In this document: piece by piece, positions 28,275 to 40,135 of the stretch
Layout of the letters: each line of letters starts with the position of its first letter
Position numbering within the stretch: position 1 is the first letter of the stretch
NCBI GenBank assembly: GCA_964016885.1
Contig: OZ024741.1
Span: 304,110,001 to 304,174,000 of the forward strand
DNA length: 64,000 nt
Source of the DNA: Eledone cirrhosa
Taxonomy: Eukaryota
Reading direction: 5' to 3'
Notes under the pieces: model-generated
What the model saw: only the letters and a program-made list of their open reading frames with translations
The model's database searches: none
Told to the model about the DNA's origin: nothing
Position numbers and translations under genes: made by a program

Positions 28275-28726
28275 TATAAGTATTTCTAAGTTAAGCACAG
28301 GGTCAACAATTTGTAGAGAGGTGAAAGGCAATTATATTGACTAGTACTTTATTTTATTGACCTGAAAGAATAAAAGGTCAAGCTGACTTCAACAGGATTT
28401 GAACTCAGAAGTAAAGCACAATTACAAATACCACAAAGCATTTGTCTGCACTTTAACAATTCTGTTGATCTATCACCCTACTGTGACACTAATATAATGA
28501 TTTGTAATTTAGGCACAATGCTAGCAATTTGTGGGAAGGGGGGTCATCAGATAAATCGACCCCATTACATGACAGGTACTTTATTTTATCGACCCTGGAA
28601 AGATGACAAGCAAAGCTGGCCTTGGCAGGATTTGAACTCAGCAAGTAAACAGCCAGAACAAATACTGCAGAGCATTCTATCTAATGTTGTAATGACTCTA
28701 CCAATTCATTATCACTGACAAATATA

Positions 28727-28905
28727 ATTGTTTCTACTTTTGGCACAAAGTCAGCAATTATCCCAGTGTATTACTGGTGCTTTATTTTATCGACCCCGTA
28801 AGGATGAAAGGCAAAGTTAACCTCGGCGGGATTTGAACTCAGATCATAAAGGGCCGTAACTCTATGCTGCAAAGCATGGTGCCCGACTCTCTACCGATAC
28901 TGCCA
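28727..28905 (-). mobile_element. tRNA-derived SINE family 1, with older copies in tandem at 28290-28480 and 28500-28710
   Basis: Reverse complement of the 61161-61350 consensus. Confidence 0.85.
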
Positions 28906-29319
28906 GAGAGTTAACTCTGTTGGTCATGGATACAGCACAGCATCAGTCACAGGACAGAAACTGCCAATCAACTTAGTTCCTAATGCTCTTCTCTATTACC
29001 AAGCTATCTCTATGGCATGCCAGTGACATGAAATAGGAAATATATAGAACTCTTCAGTTGTGTTAAGGGAACAACAACCTCTTTAGTGTTGTTGACACAA
29101 TAAAACATACCTAGTGTACTCTATAAAGTGACTGGTAAGAGAAAGGAGATCCAGTCATAGAAAATGTACCAAAGAGCTGAGAGTACTCATCAATTCTGTC
29201 AAAGATATGACACCTTCCCTAGTGCTGGTGCCATAATAAAACACGTGCAATACACTCTGTAAAGTGATTGGTGATAGGAAGAGCGTGTAACTACAGAAAA
29301 CTTTCCAAACAAAGGATCT

Positions 29320-29530
29320 AGAGGAGGTGCTTAATTAATCCTTTATATTTCAGGATAACACCCCTTTGTCAAAGATAAGTTAAAGAAACTAAGTAAGGAA
29401 CTTCTTATGATGAAGGAATTTTATGCCAAAATATAAAGGAGAAATTACTTCCAAGGTATCATTCTAACAACTTTGGTGGTGTTATTTTTAACATTCAATA
29501 TCCTATTTCCATTGCTGTAGCCCTCTAAAA
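29320..29530 (+). mobile_element. Penelope-like pseudo-LTR remnant with a degenerate hammerhead (29401-29440)
   Basis: ctt-ATGATGA-a-ggaattttatgcc-AAAA-tata-aag; homologous to 33943-34220 and 31390-31530. Confidence 0.55.
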
Positions 29531-29631
29531 ATATACACAAAACTTGTGTGTGAGTGTGTATGTATTTTGTATGTCTTTTTTTTTTTTTTTTTTTTTGTAG
29601 CTTATGTTAATATTTATCTTTCATCTCTTAC

Positions 29632-29760
29632 TCCTTTGGACAGCGTTTGGCTTATGTCAGATGCTGTGACCTCGGATAGACCAGCAGTACCGTTGGTAGA
29701 GGTCGAAACTGCCAAAGTCCATCTTAATGGCCAATAACCATGGAGTTCTGTGTTCTTTGT
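29632..29760 (-). other. Candidate upstream non-coding exon of the ZMYND11 homologue
   Basis: Unique, GC/CpG-richer segment ending in a minus-strand donor GGA|gtaaga at 29632/29631; contains two short uORFs. The link to ZMYND11 is inference only. Confidence 0.35.
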
Positions 29761-30023
29761 TTGTATATTTATTTTTTTAAAATAATTTTTTAAGGTTTCC
29801 CCTTAAAAAATGTTGTTTTGTTTTGTTTTGTTTTGTTTTATTTCTGTTTGTTGTCTTATCCTTTCTTTATTAATTTTCTTAAGTTCATATATATATATAT
29901 ATATATATCCAAAATTAAGATAAATTAAATGAGTTTAATCTAAATCGAAATTGTGGGTGTCATGTCATAATGGCACGCGCCATATCGCCTGGAAAATAAG
30001 CTCAAAGATAAATCCGAGCATTT

Positions 30024-30988
30024 TATAATAACTAGAAATTGATTAACATATAAATATACATGAATAATCACAGGAGATAATTTTTACACGTGTGTAACCA
30101 CGCATAGCTAGTTTGGGTAATAATTAAATTTATACCCTTAAGTATGATTAACCTTCCTTGTATATATCCCATTAAAGAAATATATTTCACCAATTAATCA
30201 GATGGTAAGTCACGGAAAGTGGATATTATTGGATTGTCAACAAGGAAGAGTAATAATGTCCAGCTATCCATCCTTACACAACGAGTTTAAATCTTCATCT
30301 AGCTGCTACCACGTGTTGTGTCTACACATGATAGCAGTTTCGTTTCAGTGGCGTGAATAGGTATTCGACAATTAGAAATAGCAGTCAAATTCTCTTCAAC
30401 AGAAATAGCTCTACAATTAAGGAGCCGTATATATATATCTATATCCAAAATTAAGATAAATTAAATGAATTTAATCTAAATCGAAATTTTCCAGGCGATA
30501 TGGCACATGCCATTATGACATGACACCCACAATTTCGATTTAGATTAAATTCATTTAATTTATCTTAATTTTGGATATAGATATATATATACGGCTCCTT
30601 AATTGTAGAGCTATTTCTGTTGAAGAGAATTTGACTGCTATTTCTAATTGTCGAATACCTATTCACGCCACTGAAACGAAGCTGCTATCATGTGTAGACA
30701 CAACACGTGGTAGCAGCTAGATGAAGATTTAAACTCGTTGTGTAAGGATGGATAGCTGGACATTATTACTCTTCCTTGTTGACAATCCAATAATATCCAC
30801 TTTCCGTGACTTACCATCTGATTAATTGGTGAAATATATTTCTTTAATGGGATATATACAAGGAAGGTTAATCATACTTAATGGTATAAATTTAATTATT
30901 ACCCAAACTAGCTATGCGTGGTTACACACGTGTAAAAATTATCTCCTGTGATTATTCATGTATATTTATATGTTAATCAATTTCTAGT

Positions 30989-30995
<7 letters not shown>
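30024..30995. repeat. Near-perfect long inverted repeat (465-bp arms, 42-bp spacer)
   Basis: 30024-30488 is the reverse complement of 30531-30995 with no indels; I see mismatches only at 30137/30882 and 30338/30681. Confidence 0.96.
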
Positions 30996-31042
<47 letters not shown>

Positions 31043-31355
31043 AAAAGGATGATTTGTTATGTCTTCGTTATGTTTATTGAGTAGTGACACGCATTTCGCT
31101 ATTGATCAGCTCAAGGTTTGATCTGTATCGATTTAGCCCGACTCTGGAAATCAAAAGGTCGTCGGACCTCTGTTGTGGTAATAACATATATGTAAACGTG
31201 GTTGGTGTTAGGAAGGGCATCCAGCCGTAATAAAAACCCCAGACAGCCCTATACGAGCAAGGCAACCAATCTTGCCTCAACTCCAAACCCATGCTAGCGT
31301 GGAAGATGGCCGCCGCCGCCGCCGCCGCCACCACCACCACCATCATCATCATCAT

Positions 31356-31389
<34 letters not shown>

Positions 31390-31719
31390 GTTAATATTTC
31401 GGGATAAAATCCTCTTGTCAGAAGAAGAGTTCAGGTAACTAAGTCAAAGCAGAATACCTTGTGTTGTTCTTATCGTAATTTTTAACATTTAATGTCTTAT
31501 TTGCATTGCTGTAGCCCTCTAAAAAAACACACTATTTTCTAAAACCCCGCCTCTCCACCTCTGCAATACTTTAAGCACACTACAGCACCCTTTCTTTTCA
31601 ATATCAATATTTTCATATGATAACAATTAGATGCAATTAGACATACATGTAAGTATCAGTCAGATAACATTTACCATATTGACACTAATTAGCCAGCTAA
31701 TTGGATGATATAGCTATTA

Positions 31720-32815
31720 ATTCTATCACCATCACCATCCTGATCATTACCACCACCAACAACACCGCCACCACCACAACCAACAACACTACCCCCACCA
31801 CCACCACTATCACCAACTACATCACCACCAACAACAACATCGCCAACAGTAACAACACCATCAGCACAATACTACCACAACCAACAACAACAACACCACC
31901 ACCATCACCACCAGCAACACCAACAACAACCAACAACACTACCACCACAATCAAGAACACCACCATCACCACAACCATTACCAACACCGACACCAACATC
32001 ACCATCACCAACACCACCATCAACATCACCACCAACAAAAACACCACCAACAACACTACCATCACTATCAACATCATCATCACCACCAACAACTTCACCA
32101 ACATCATCATCATCATCATCACTACCATCACTATCACCATTTACAACAACAACATCACCAACAACACTGCCATCACTATCAACACCAAGAACAACCTACC
32201 ATCACTATCACCACCACTTCCAATAACAACACTACCATCACTATCACCACCAACAACATCACCAACACCACCACCAACAACAACACTATCACCAACAACA
32301 ACACTACCATAACTATCAACACCACCAAGAACAACACTACCATCACTATCACCACCAACAACATCACCAACACCACCACCAACAACAACAACTCCACCAA
32401 TAATATCCTGATTACCATTATCAGCTACAACCATTGATGATAACACTGTTACTGACAAAATCACTAATTAATACTAATAACAACATTATACATACTCATA
32501 GATTATCGAGAAATCTTACAGAAATTCATCTAACTTTGCTATCTTTGGTCTGTGACATGTTGTTAGTGGTGGCTGTTGTTCTTAGTGGTGGTGGTAGTGC
32601 TGTTGATGTTGCTGTAGGTGGTAGGTGCTGTTCGTAGTGGTGGTGCTGCTGTTGATGTTGTTGTTGGTGGCTGTTGGTGGTTGTGTTGATGTTGTTAGTG
32701 GTGGTGGTGGTGGTGGTGCTGATGGTACTGTTGATGTTGTTGTTGTTGTTAGTGGTGGCTGTTGGTGGTACTGTTGTTGTTATTGGTGGTTGTGGTGGTG
32801 GTACTACTATTGTTG
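31720..32815. repeat. (ACC/AAC/ATC)n array followed by an opposite-polarity (GGT/GTT)n array
   Basis: 31720-32430 is C/A-rich triplets; 32560-32815 is G/T-rich triplets. Confidence 0.9.
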
Positions 32816-33109
32816 TCCCTATTTCACCAGAACAAATTTCTCATAATAATATCTAATTAAATCAACCCTCTGCAGGAACTTCAAGCCTCGTTAGCCATTA
32901 ATTCATCGCAATACTCAAAGATAATGAAATAGTAATTAAAACTAGAGCAAACAAAAACAAAAACAAAACAATACTCAAAACAAACAAACAAACAGAATGC
33001 ACAAAGCAATCTAACTGTCTGCTGTTAAGTGGTGAAGTATTTAAGGTCTGATGCTTAGTACCAATTTCATTGTATTAGCTGATGAGAGATAAATCTTCCT
33101 TTGGCTAGT

Positions 33110-33590
33110 CAATTGAAGGTGATATTTCAAAGGAAGGTGATATTTCAAAGGAAGTCTATCTATAAATCTACCACTAGGTATATAAGAAACTAGTCAATTA
33201 CAGGTGATATTTCCAAAGAATTTATATATCTACCTATATAGGAAACTGATTAATTACAGGTGATATTCCCAAGGAATCTATAACTTTACCACTAGGTAGG
33301 TAATAAGCCAGTTAATTACAGGTGATATTTCCAAGGAAGTCTGTTTACAACTCTACCACTGGGTAGGTAGTAAGGCAATTATTTACAGGTGATATTTCCA
33401 AGGAATCTATAATTCTACCTATAGATAGTATGCCAGTCAATTACATGTGATATTTCCAAGGAATCTATAAATTTACCACTAGGAAGATAAGAAATCAGTT
33501 AATTACAGGTAATAATCTAAGGAAGTCTATAAATCTACCTCTAGATAGGTAGGAAACCAGTTAATTACAGGTGGCATTTCCAAGGATGTC
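33110..33590. repeat. Minisatellite with a unit of about 60 bp
   Basis: About 8 units of aattacaggtgatatttccaaggaatctata..ctaccactaggtagg. Confidence 0.88.
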
Positions 33591-33942
33591 TTGTACCTGT
33601 TCCTGAAATGTGGATGAATTAAGGCAGTGAAGAATTAAATGTCCTCTCCAAATACACAATATTATGAGAAGAAACTGTTGCTGAAAATCAGATTGTTTTG
33701 GTCACCTTAAATTAACATCTTCAATGTTAAAAACCTTTTTCAGGCCTTTGAGAGGTACAATTGTGCAAGGTCGGCTTTTATCACCTCATCCCAAGTCTTC
33801 CTATTTCTTCCTACTCCATAGCTTCCATCAACTATGAGAGCTTTGTAACATTTTATACAGCTCTCATCATTCATACACATCACATGTCCATACCAATGCA
33901 ATCTCCTCTCCTGCACATTGCATCTGATCCCTCTTATGTCAA

Positions 33943-34220
33943 GGACTACATCAATGGAAATAGGATATTGAATGTTAAAAATAACAACAACAAAGTTGTT
34001 AGAATGATACCTTGGAGGTATTTAATTAGTCCTTTATATTTTGGGGTAAAATTCCTTCATCAAAAGAAGTTCCTTACTTACTTAGTTTCCTTAACTTATC
34101 TTTGACAAAGGGGTGTTATCCTGAAATATAAAGGACTAATTTACACCTCCAAGGTAACATTCTAACAAGTTTGTTATCATTATTTTTAATATTTAATGTT
34201 CTATCTGTATTGTTGTAGTC
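33943..34220. mobile_element. Fold-back Penelope-like pseudo-LTR remnant with a degenerate hammerhead (34030-34069, minus strand)
   Basis: Imperfect inverted arms at about 33943-34040 and 34124-34220; the minus strand reads ctt-TTGATGA-a-ggaattttacccc-AAAA-tata-aagg. Confidence 0.6.
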
Positions 34221-34288
34221 TTCTATAAAAAAAAAAGGACACTATTTTATACACTTTCCACGGTGCTTTAAGCAAACTACAACATCCT

Positions 34289-34329
<41 letters not shown>

Positions 34330-34369
34330 CTGTAATTATTTGCCAATAACCATCAACACCATTATCAGC

Positions 34370-34705
34370 ATTTATAACAATAAAAGCAGTAGCAACAATG
34401 ATAATAACAATAGCAGTAACAATAACAACAACATTATCAGTAACAACATCAACATTAATTAACAACAGCAACAATAACAACAGCAGCAACAGCAACAATA
34501 ACAGCAGCAACAACAACAACAACATTAACAACAGCAGCAACAATAACAACAACAACATTAACAACAACAACATTAACAACAACAACATTAACAGCAGCGG
34601 CAATGACAACAACAACAACTACAACAACTATAACAACAGTAACATTAACAACAGCAACAATAACAACATTAACAGCAACAGCAATAACAATATTAACAAC
34701 AAAAT
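34370..34705. repeat. (AAC/AGC)n triplet repeat
   Basis: aacaacagcagc low-complexity sequence. Confidence 0.9.
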
Positions 34706-34940
34706 CTCAATCAATCAAAGCTCACAATAGGATGAAAGCAAAAGGTTTGTCAACAACAATGCTATATTGTGAGCTGTTTGGACAAGTCAGTGAGTGCTAA
34801 ATACTGGGCTGCTAGGACACCTTCGGACAAGGTGATTCCTAATCAAATGTGATCTAATCAGGAGCCATTTGTGACCATAGCAACCAACTCCAGTATCAAT
34901 AAACATTAGACTAGTTGGTGCACAATATGTAAACAAATTA

Positions 34941-35127
34941 AGGCGGTGGATTGGCAGTATCGGTAGAGGGTCGGACGCCATGCTTTCCAGCATAGTTACA
35001 TCCCTTTATGATCCGAGTTCAAATCCCGCCGAGGTTAACTTTGCCTTTCATCCTTACGGGGTCGATAAAATAAAGTACCAGTAATGCACTGGGTAATTGC
35101 TGGCCTTGTGCCTAAAGTAGAAACAAA
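34941..35127 (+). mobile_element. tRNA-derived SINE family 1, young copy
   Basis: A-box-like tggcagtatcggt and B box gagttcaaatcc; almost identical to 43862-44047 and 61161-61350. Confidence 0.9.
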
Positions 35128-35433
35128 TATGTAAACAAATTAAAGGACAGCTTTGCAAGTATTATGTAAGTCGGTACAAGTGCATGTGTGTGTTGTGTGC
35201 GTGTGTGTGCACCACATGTGCCATGTGTGTGTGTGCATGTATATAGCTGTACAAATATGATTAGGTGTAAACATTCAGGAAGGTCTTGAAATTATATGAT
35301 TGCAGAGATATATGAAATTTGAAATATATAATTCCCACAATGCAGATAACAGTACCAAACTCCCACATTCAACAAATTCAACCAGAACATGAGGGTTACA
35401 GCTTATGGTAGATTACCTGTTCCAAACCAGAGC

Positions 35434-35478
<45 letters not shown>

Positions 35479-37739
35479 TGGTGCCATTGGCTCAGTAAAA
35501 CTCAAGAGTACTATTCAACCAAGATACATATAACGTAATTGTTTCTAACAAAGGCACAAGGCCTGCAATTTGGGAGAGCGAAAAGTCAATTATATCAACT
35601 CCAGTACTTAAATAGTACTATATTTTATTGACCTTGGGAGGATGAAAGGCAAAGCTATCTCAGAGGTGTTTGAACAAGTAGGAACAAATGGGGCAAAGCA
35701 TTTTATCTGATGCTCTAATGATTCTGCCAATCAATCATCTTAGATAGATAAAACATAATCAATACAACACTGCTACATGAATGAACTCACCCTATTGGTA
35801 AATGTTTTTTGTCATTTTTATACCCATAAATCTACAACCCAACATTAACGTCAATATATTTACGTATATTTACACACACACAAAGACACACAATCATCAT
35901 CGTTTAAAACACATTCTCTCTACTAACAAGTCATCACAGATCAGTCAGTTCTCAAGCAGAGCTACTGACCTCCAGGTGCACAGGGGACACACATCTTGAT
36001 AACATATTTTTCTGTACTCTATCAATTGTCCTGACAGGCTTTGGGGACCAACATTCAATCCTGTGCTCTACCAAATGCATTTTATCATGAGTTAGACCTT
36101 AACAAGTGTTCCAGTTGATTCAAACAACAGAACATCCTGATCATAAAATTACCATGCAAGTGGCTGAGCATACCATAAGATATGTGTACCCCTAATGTAA
36201 TTCTCAGCATATGTGGTTCTTTAAAATACAGGTATCATTCATTTTTGCCAGCTGAGTGACTGTAGCAACATGAAATACAGTATCATGATCAAGGACACAA
36301 CTCACCACTGAGAGTTGAACCCACACTTTTCGAATCATAAACTGAACACCCAAATTACAAAGCCATGCTTCTTCACATGTATGTACATAAACACAGATAT
36401 TAATAAGTGTGTGTGTGTGCGTGTGTGTGTGTGTGAGAGAGAGAGTAAAAAGTAAATGGAAACAACAAAGCAAACAATACAGTACAATGAAGAACTATAT
36501 TAGTTTAATGCTTGATATAGGAAAAGAGCATTTACGTTTCGGAGACTAGTCCTTCATCTAAAAGGATTAATGACAAGAAGGGCATCTGGCTGTAAAACTT
36601 TACCCCCAAAAAGTTCCCTTGTTTATGAGACTCACAAGGCTCATTTCTCCTTTAGCTGTGAAAAGGGCCTTAAAAAGCTTGCTATATATATATATAACTT
36701 AATTTTAGGTTTAATCAATACATATAAAATATATATAGATAATGTTTCTCAGTAAAAACTCAATAAACTTCTGTTCAGAGCATCAATGGTATAAAACATG
36801 TATTTATATACATTTACACACACATATATATATATATAAAGTAGTAGCAGTGGTACATGGCATTGCACAGGATAAGGTATTGTGAAATATATATAACCGC
36901 CTTAGCTAAGCTTAGTATTGCCACAACCACGGCTGGCAAAGAAGTAAGGGTCTGGTGGTACGTAAGTAAGCAACACTGTGGCATAAAACGTGAGGAAGAA
37001 GTTGTGTGCACTTACCAACTGTTTGGGGAATGAGTTTGATATTTGTCTTGAGCAAGGGTGGCAGAATAACCGGAGGGAGCAGACAGCCAGACATACAGAC
37101 AGATATTATAAGGGCGCATTCTGGACGCAGAGCAAATTGTAGGAAGTGACGTAATGCAGACAGCCAGACATACAGACAGATATTATAAGGGTGTGACGTT
37201 ATATGTATGTATCTATCTAAAAAGAGAAAGACTAAGAATTATAGAGAGAGATCGCTAAATCACCTAATGCAGTCCCTAGGGCTTTGAAAATTTGAAATTT
37301 GAAAATTTGCTCAGAACATTCTATGAAACATAAGTATTACATGTGTAAAGTTTGAAATCAGTCGGTTGGGTGCTTCTCTAGTTTTAGGGATTCAAACTCA
37401 CACACACACAGACAGACATCCTCAGTTTTATATATATAGATATGTATATTTACATGCTAATACTGATACACAATTGTGTGTATCTGCATATGTTTGTATG
37501 TGCATGTGAGTGTGCATATGAGTGTATGTGTGTGCATGTGATCATTGTAATCATTTAGTTGGCAGATGAAGATTAGATTGTATCTTTGTCACTGACATAC
37601 TCTTGTTATGAAGCAACCATTTAGGAAAGTAGGTCAACAATTTCATAAAGTGGGACAGTTGTATAGTAAAGAGAAAAAGATGAATAAAAGAGAGGCCAGT
37701 TAATAGCACTGCCAAAACCACACACACATACATATACAT

Positions 37740-38200
37740 ATAATGCATACGTACACTTATACATACTCATACATAACTATACACTTATACATACTCATAC
37801 ATGCATATACACACATACATAATTATACACATACATAAATATGCACATACACATTTATACACACACATACATAATTATACATACACACATACATAATTGT
37901 ACACATCCACACACATACATACTTATACACACACATACACATACATAATTATACACATACACACATACATAATTATACACATACACACATACATAATTAT
38001 ACACATACATACATAATTGTACACATACACACTTATATAATTATACCAATGCACTTATACACATACACACACACACATAATTATACACATACACCTATTC
38101 ATACATATACACATACTGTATATAATTATACACATACATACACACGTTCATACATACATATACATACACACATGCATATGCACACACAAACACACACCTA
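37740..38200. repeat. (ACAT/AC)n compound repeat with acataattatac units
   Basis: Direct reading. Confidence 0.9.
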
Positions 38201-38369
38201 CATTCAATCATATATTTTATACATCAGTTCCACTATAGATTATGTTAATGGCTCCACTGTTGCAAAAGTGGGTTCTTGCTAAAACATGTTTGGTGTGGTG
38301 CTAGGAGGCATCTACTTTTAAAAAAATGAGCAAACTGTGTTTTTACACACACAGACGCACAGACAGACA

Positions 38370-38407
<38 letters not shown>

Positions 38408-38769
38408 AATATGTTATGAGCTGACATTTCACGGCTTAATAATTTATTTGTTCCATCGCCCAAAACAATCTTTAAATAATATAAACTACATTGCTATATT
38501 TTCCTTCTCTTTTTTTATTTTTTATTTCACTTCTTAAATCCCACTCCACAGCCCAGCACCCCACCCTACCTCCCCACTCTTTTACAGGTCACATGGTTTT
38601 GGTACTTGACACTGACTGGTGTTTTTGTGAATGTAACAGGTGGTGTCTTGTCGCAGCTAGATTATGGCCAATCTGCTTGTACAGTATTGCATTCTTTCTA
38701 GATAATTATATCTGTCATATATTAACCCTTTCATTACCATGTTTCTAATGACATCCATTGTATTTCTTT

Positions 38770-40135
38770 TCAATGAATGCATGAGTTCCAACAAGATCCC
38801 AAAGATATGGAAGAAAGTTAAGTAATAGCATTACTGAAGCCCAGTAAAGATCCCGCCAGCCTCAAGAGCTATAGGCCAATCTCCCTCCTCTGCCACACCT
38901 ATAAGTTCTTTGAACACTTCATCTTAACCCTTTAGCATTTACATTACTATTATATTTTTGTGGTAAAGGCTTTATCTCACATAATATGGAATTTCTGAGA
39001 TTTTGATGATATTATTATTTATTTTGAAAACAATACCTTAATGTCAGTATGATGGCTCATTATGGCCAGTTTGAACAGAAAGAGGTGAGAGAATTCTGGC
39101 CGGATATGGCCGGTTTAAATATTAAAGGGTTAAACCACCTGGCTCTGTCCAGAGATGCTAAGCTCATTCTAGAACAGGCAGGTTTCAGACCTGGAAAGTC
39201 TTGCACTAGTCAACTCCTGAACCTGACACAATTCACTGAAGATGGGTTTGAGGATGGTGAAATCACAGGTGCTGCATTCGTTGACCTCTCTACAACCTAT
39301 GGCACTGTCAACCTCAGGACCCTCGTGGAGAAGCTGTTTGAGATGACAGGGGACTTGAAGCTCACTCTCCTCATCAGGAACATATCAAACAGATGATTCT
39401 TTGTGGGTCTCAGTAGGAAAAGCAGACAATGGCAGTCACAGAAGAATGGCCTTCCCCAAGATAGCATGGTTGCTCCCTTCTTCTTCAATATCTACACAAA
39501 TAATCAGCTCATCCACCCAAATACTAGGAGCTTATACTTGTACACTTCTAAGCCTATCTATTTTGGGATCACTCACATGCAAAGAGAATCGACCTTGCCC
39601 TAAATGCCTCTTGCAGATCAATCACTGGGTGTCTCAAGCCAACCAAAGTGGATGAGCTCTATTTGCTTAGTGGCATTGCTCCCCCTCCCATCAAAAGGAC
39701 AGTCCACTCCTAAGTTAAAGCAGGAAACTGACCCTCGTCATCCACTCCACAGCTGTAAACCAATGACAAAGAGGCTCAAGTCAAGACACAGCTTTCTACA
39801 CTCAGCCGAACCTCTGAACAACAGTGCCTGACCCTGTGGTGCAGCCACCATAACAGCATGGAACACAAGGCTCTCTCTCAGCCCTTGAAAATCCCTCCCC
39901 ACTGGCCCCAGTGAAGCTTGGCACTTCTGGTCCTGCCTGAATGACCTCCGAACAGCTGTTGGTCACTGTTAAGCCAACCTTCAGAAATGGAGATATGCCA
40001 CTGATGATGATTCCAATTGCCAACTCAGGCAATTACAAACTATGGAGCACCTTAAGGACCTTCAAACCGTAACACCCCAGGCAAGGCTCTGTGCGCAACA
40101 CTGGATGGATGCAGTTTAGTGACTCAATAAGAAGT
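38770..40135 (+). mobile_element. Decayed, internally deleted RTE-X-like LINE interrupted by a TTAA MITE
   Basis: KDPASLKSYRPISLLCHTYKFFEHFIL|NHLA...EQAGFRPGKSCTSQLLNLTQFTEDGFE..AAFVDLS..Y..V, then KNGLPQDSMVAPFFFNIYTN; these are RT motifs with stops and frameshifts. Confidence 0.88.

Noticed and set aside
31075-31125. Additional hammerhead (minus strand gct..agc-GAAA-tgcgtgtc)
   Set aside because: No recognisable CTGANGA and no stem I; too degenerate to count.
33110-33590. CRISPR-like appearance of conserved repeats with variable intervals (also 21020-21390 and 17800-18240)
   Set aside because: The intervening sequences are homologous to each other, the context is eukaryotic and there are no cas genes; these are ordinary minisatellites.
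37300-37441. Helitron-like non-autonomous termini (also 45780-45860 and 46050-46200)
   Set aside because: Only a loose resemblance (tttatatatatagat end, gctagt end); I cannot define both termini or a hairpin with confidence.
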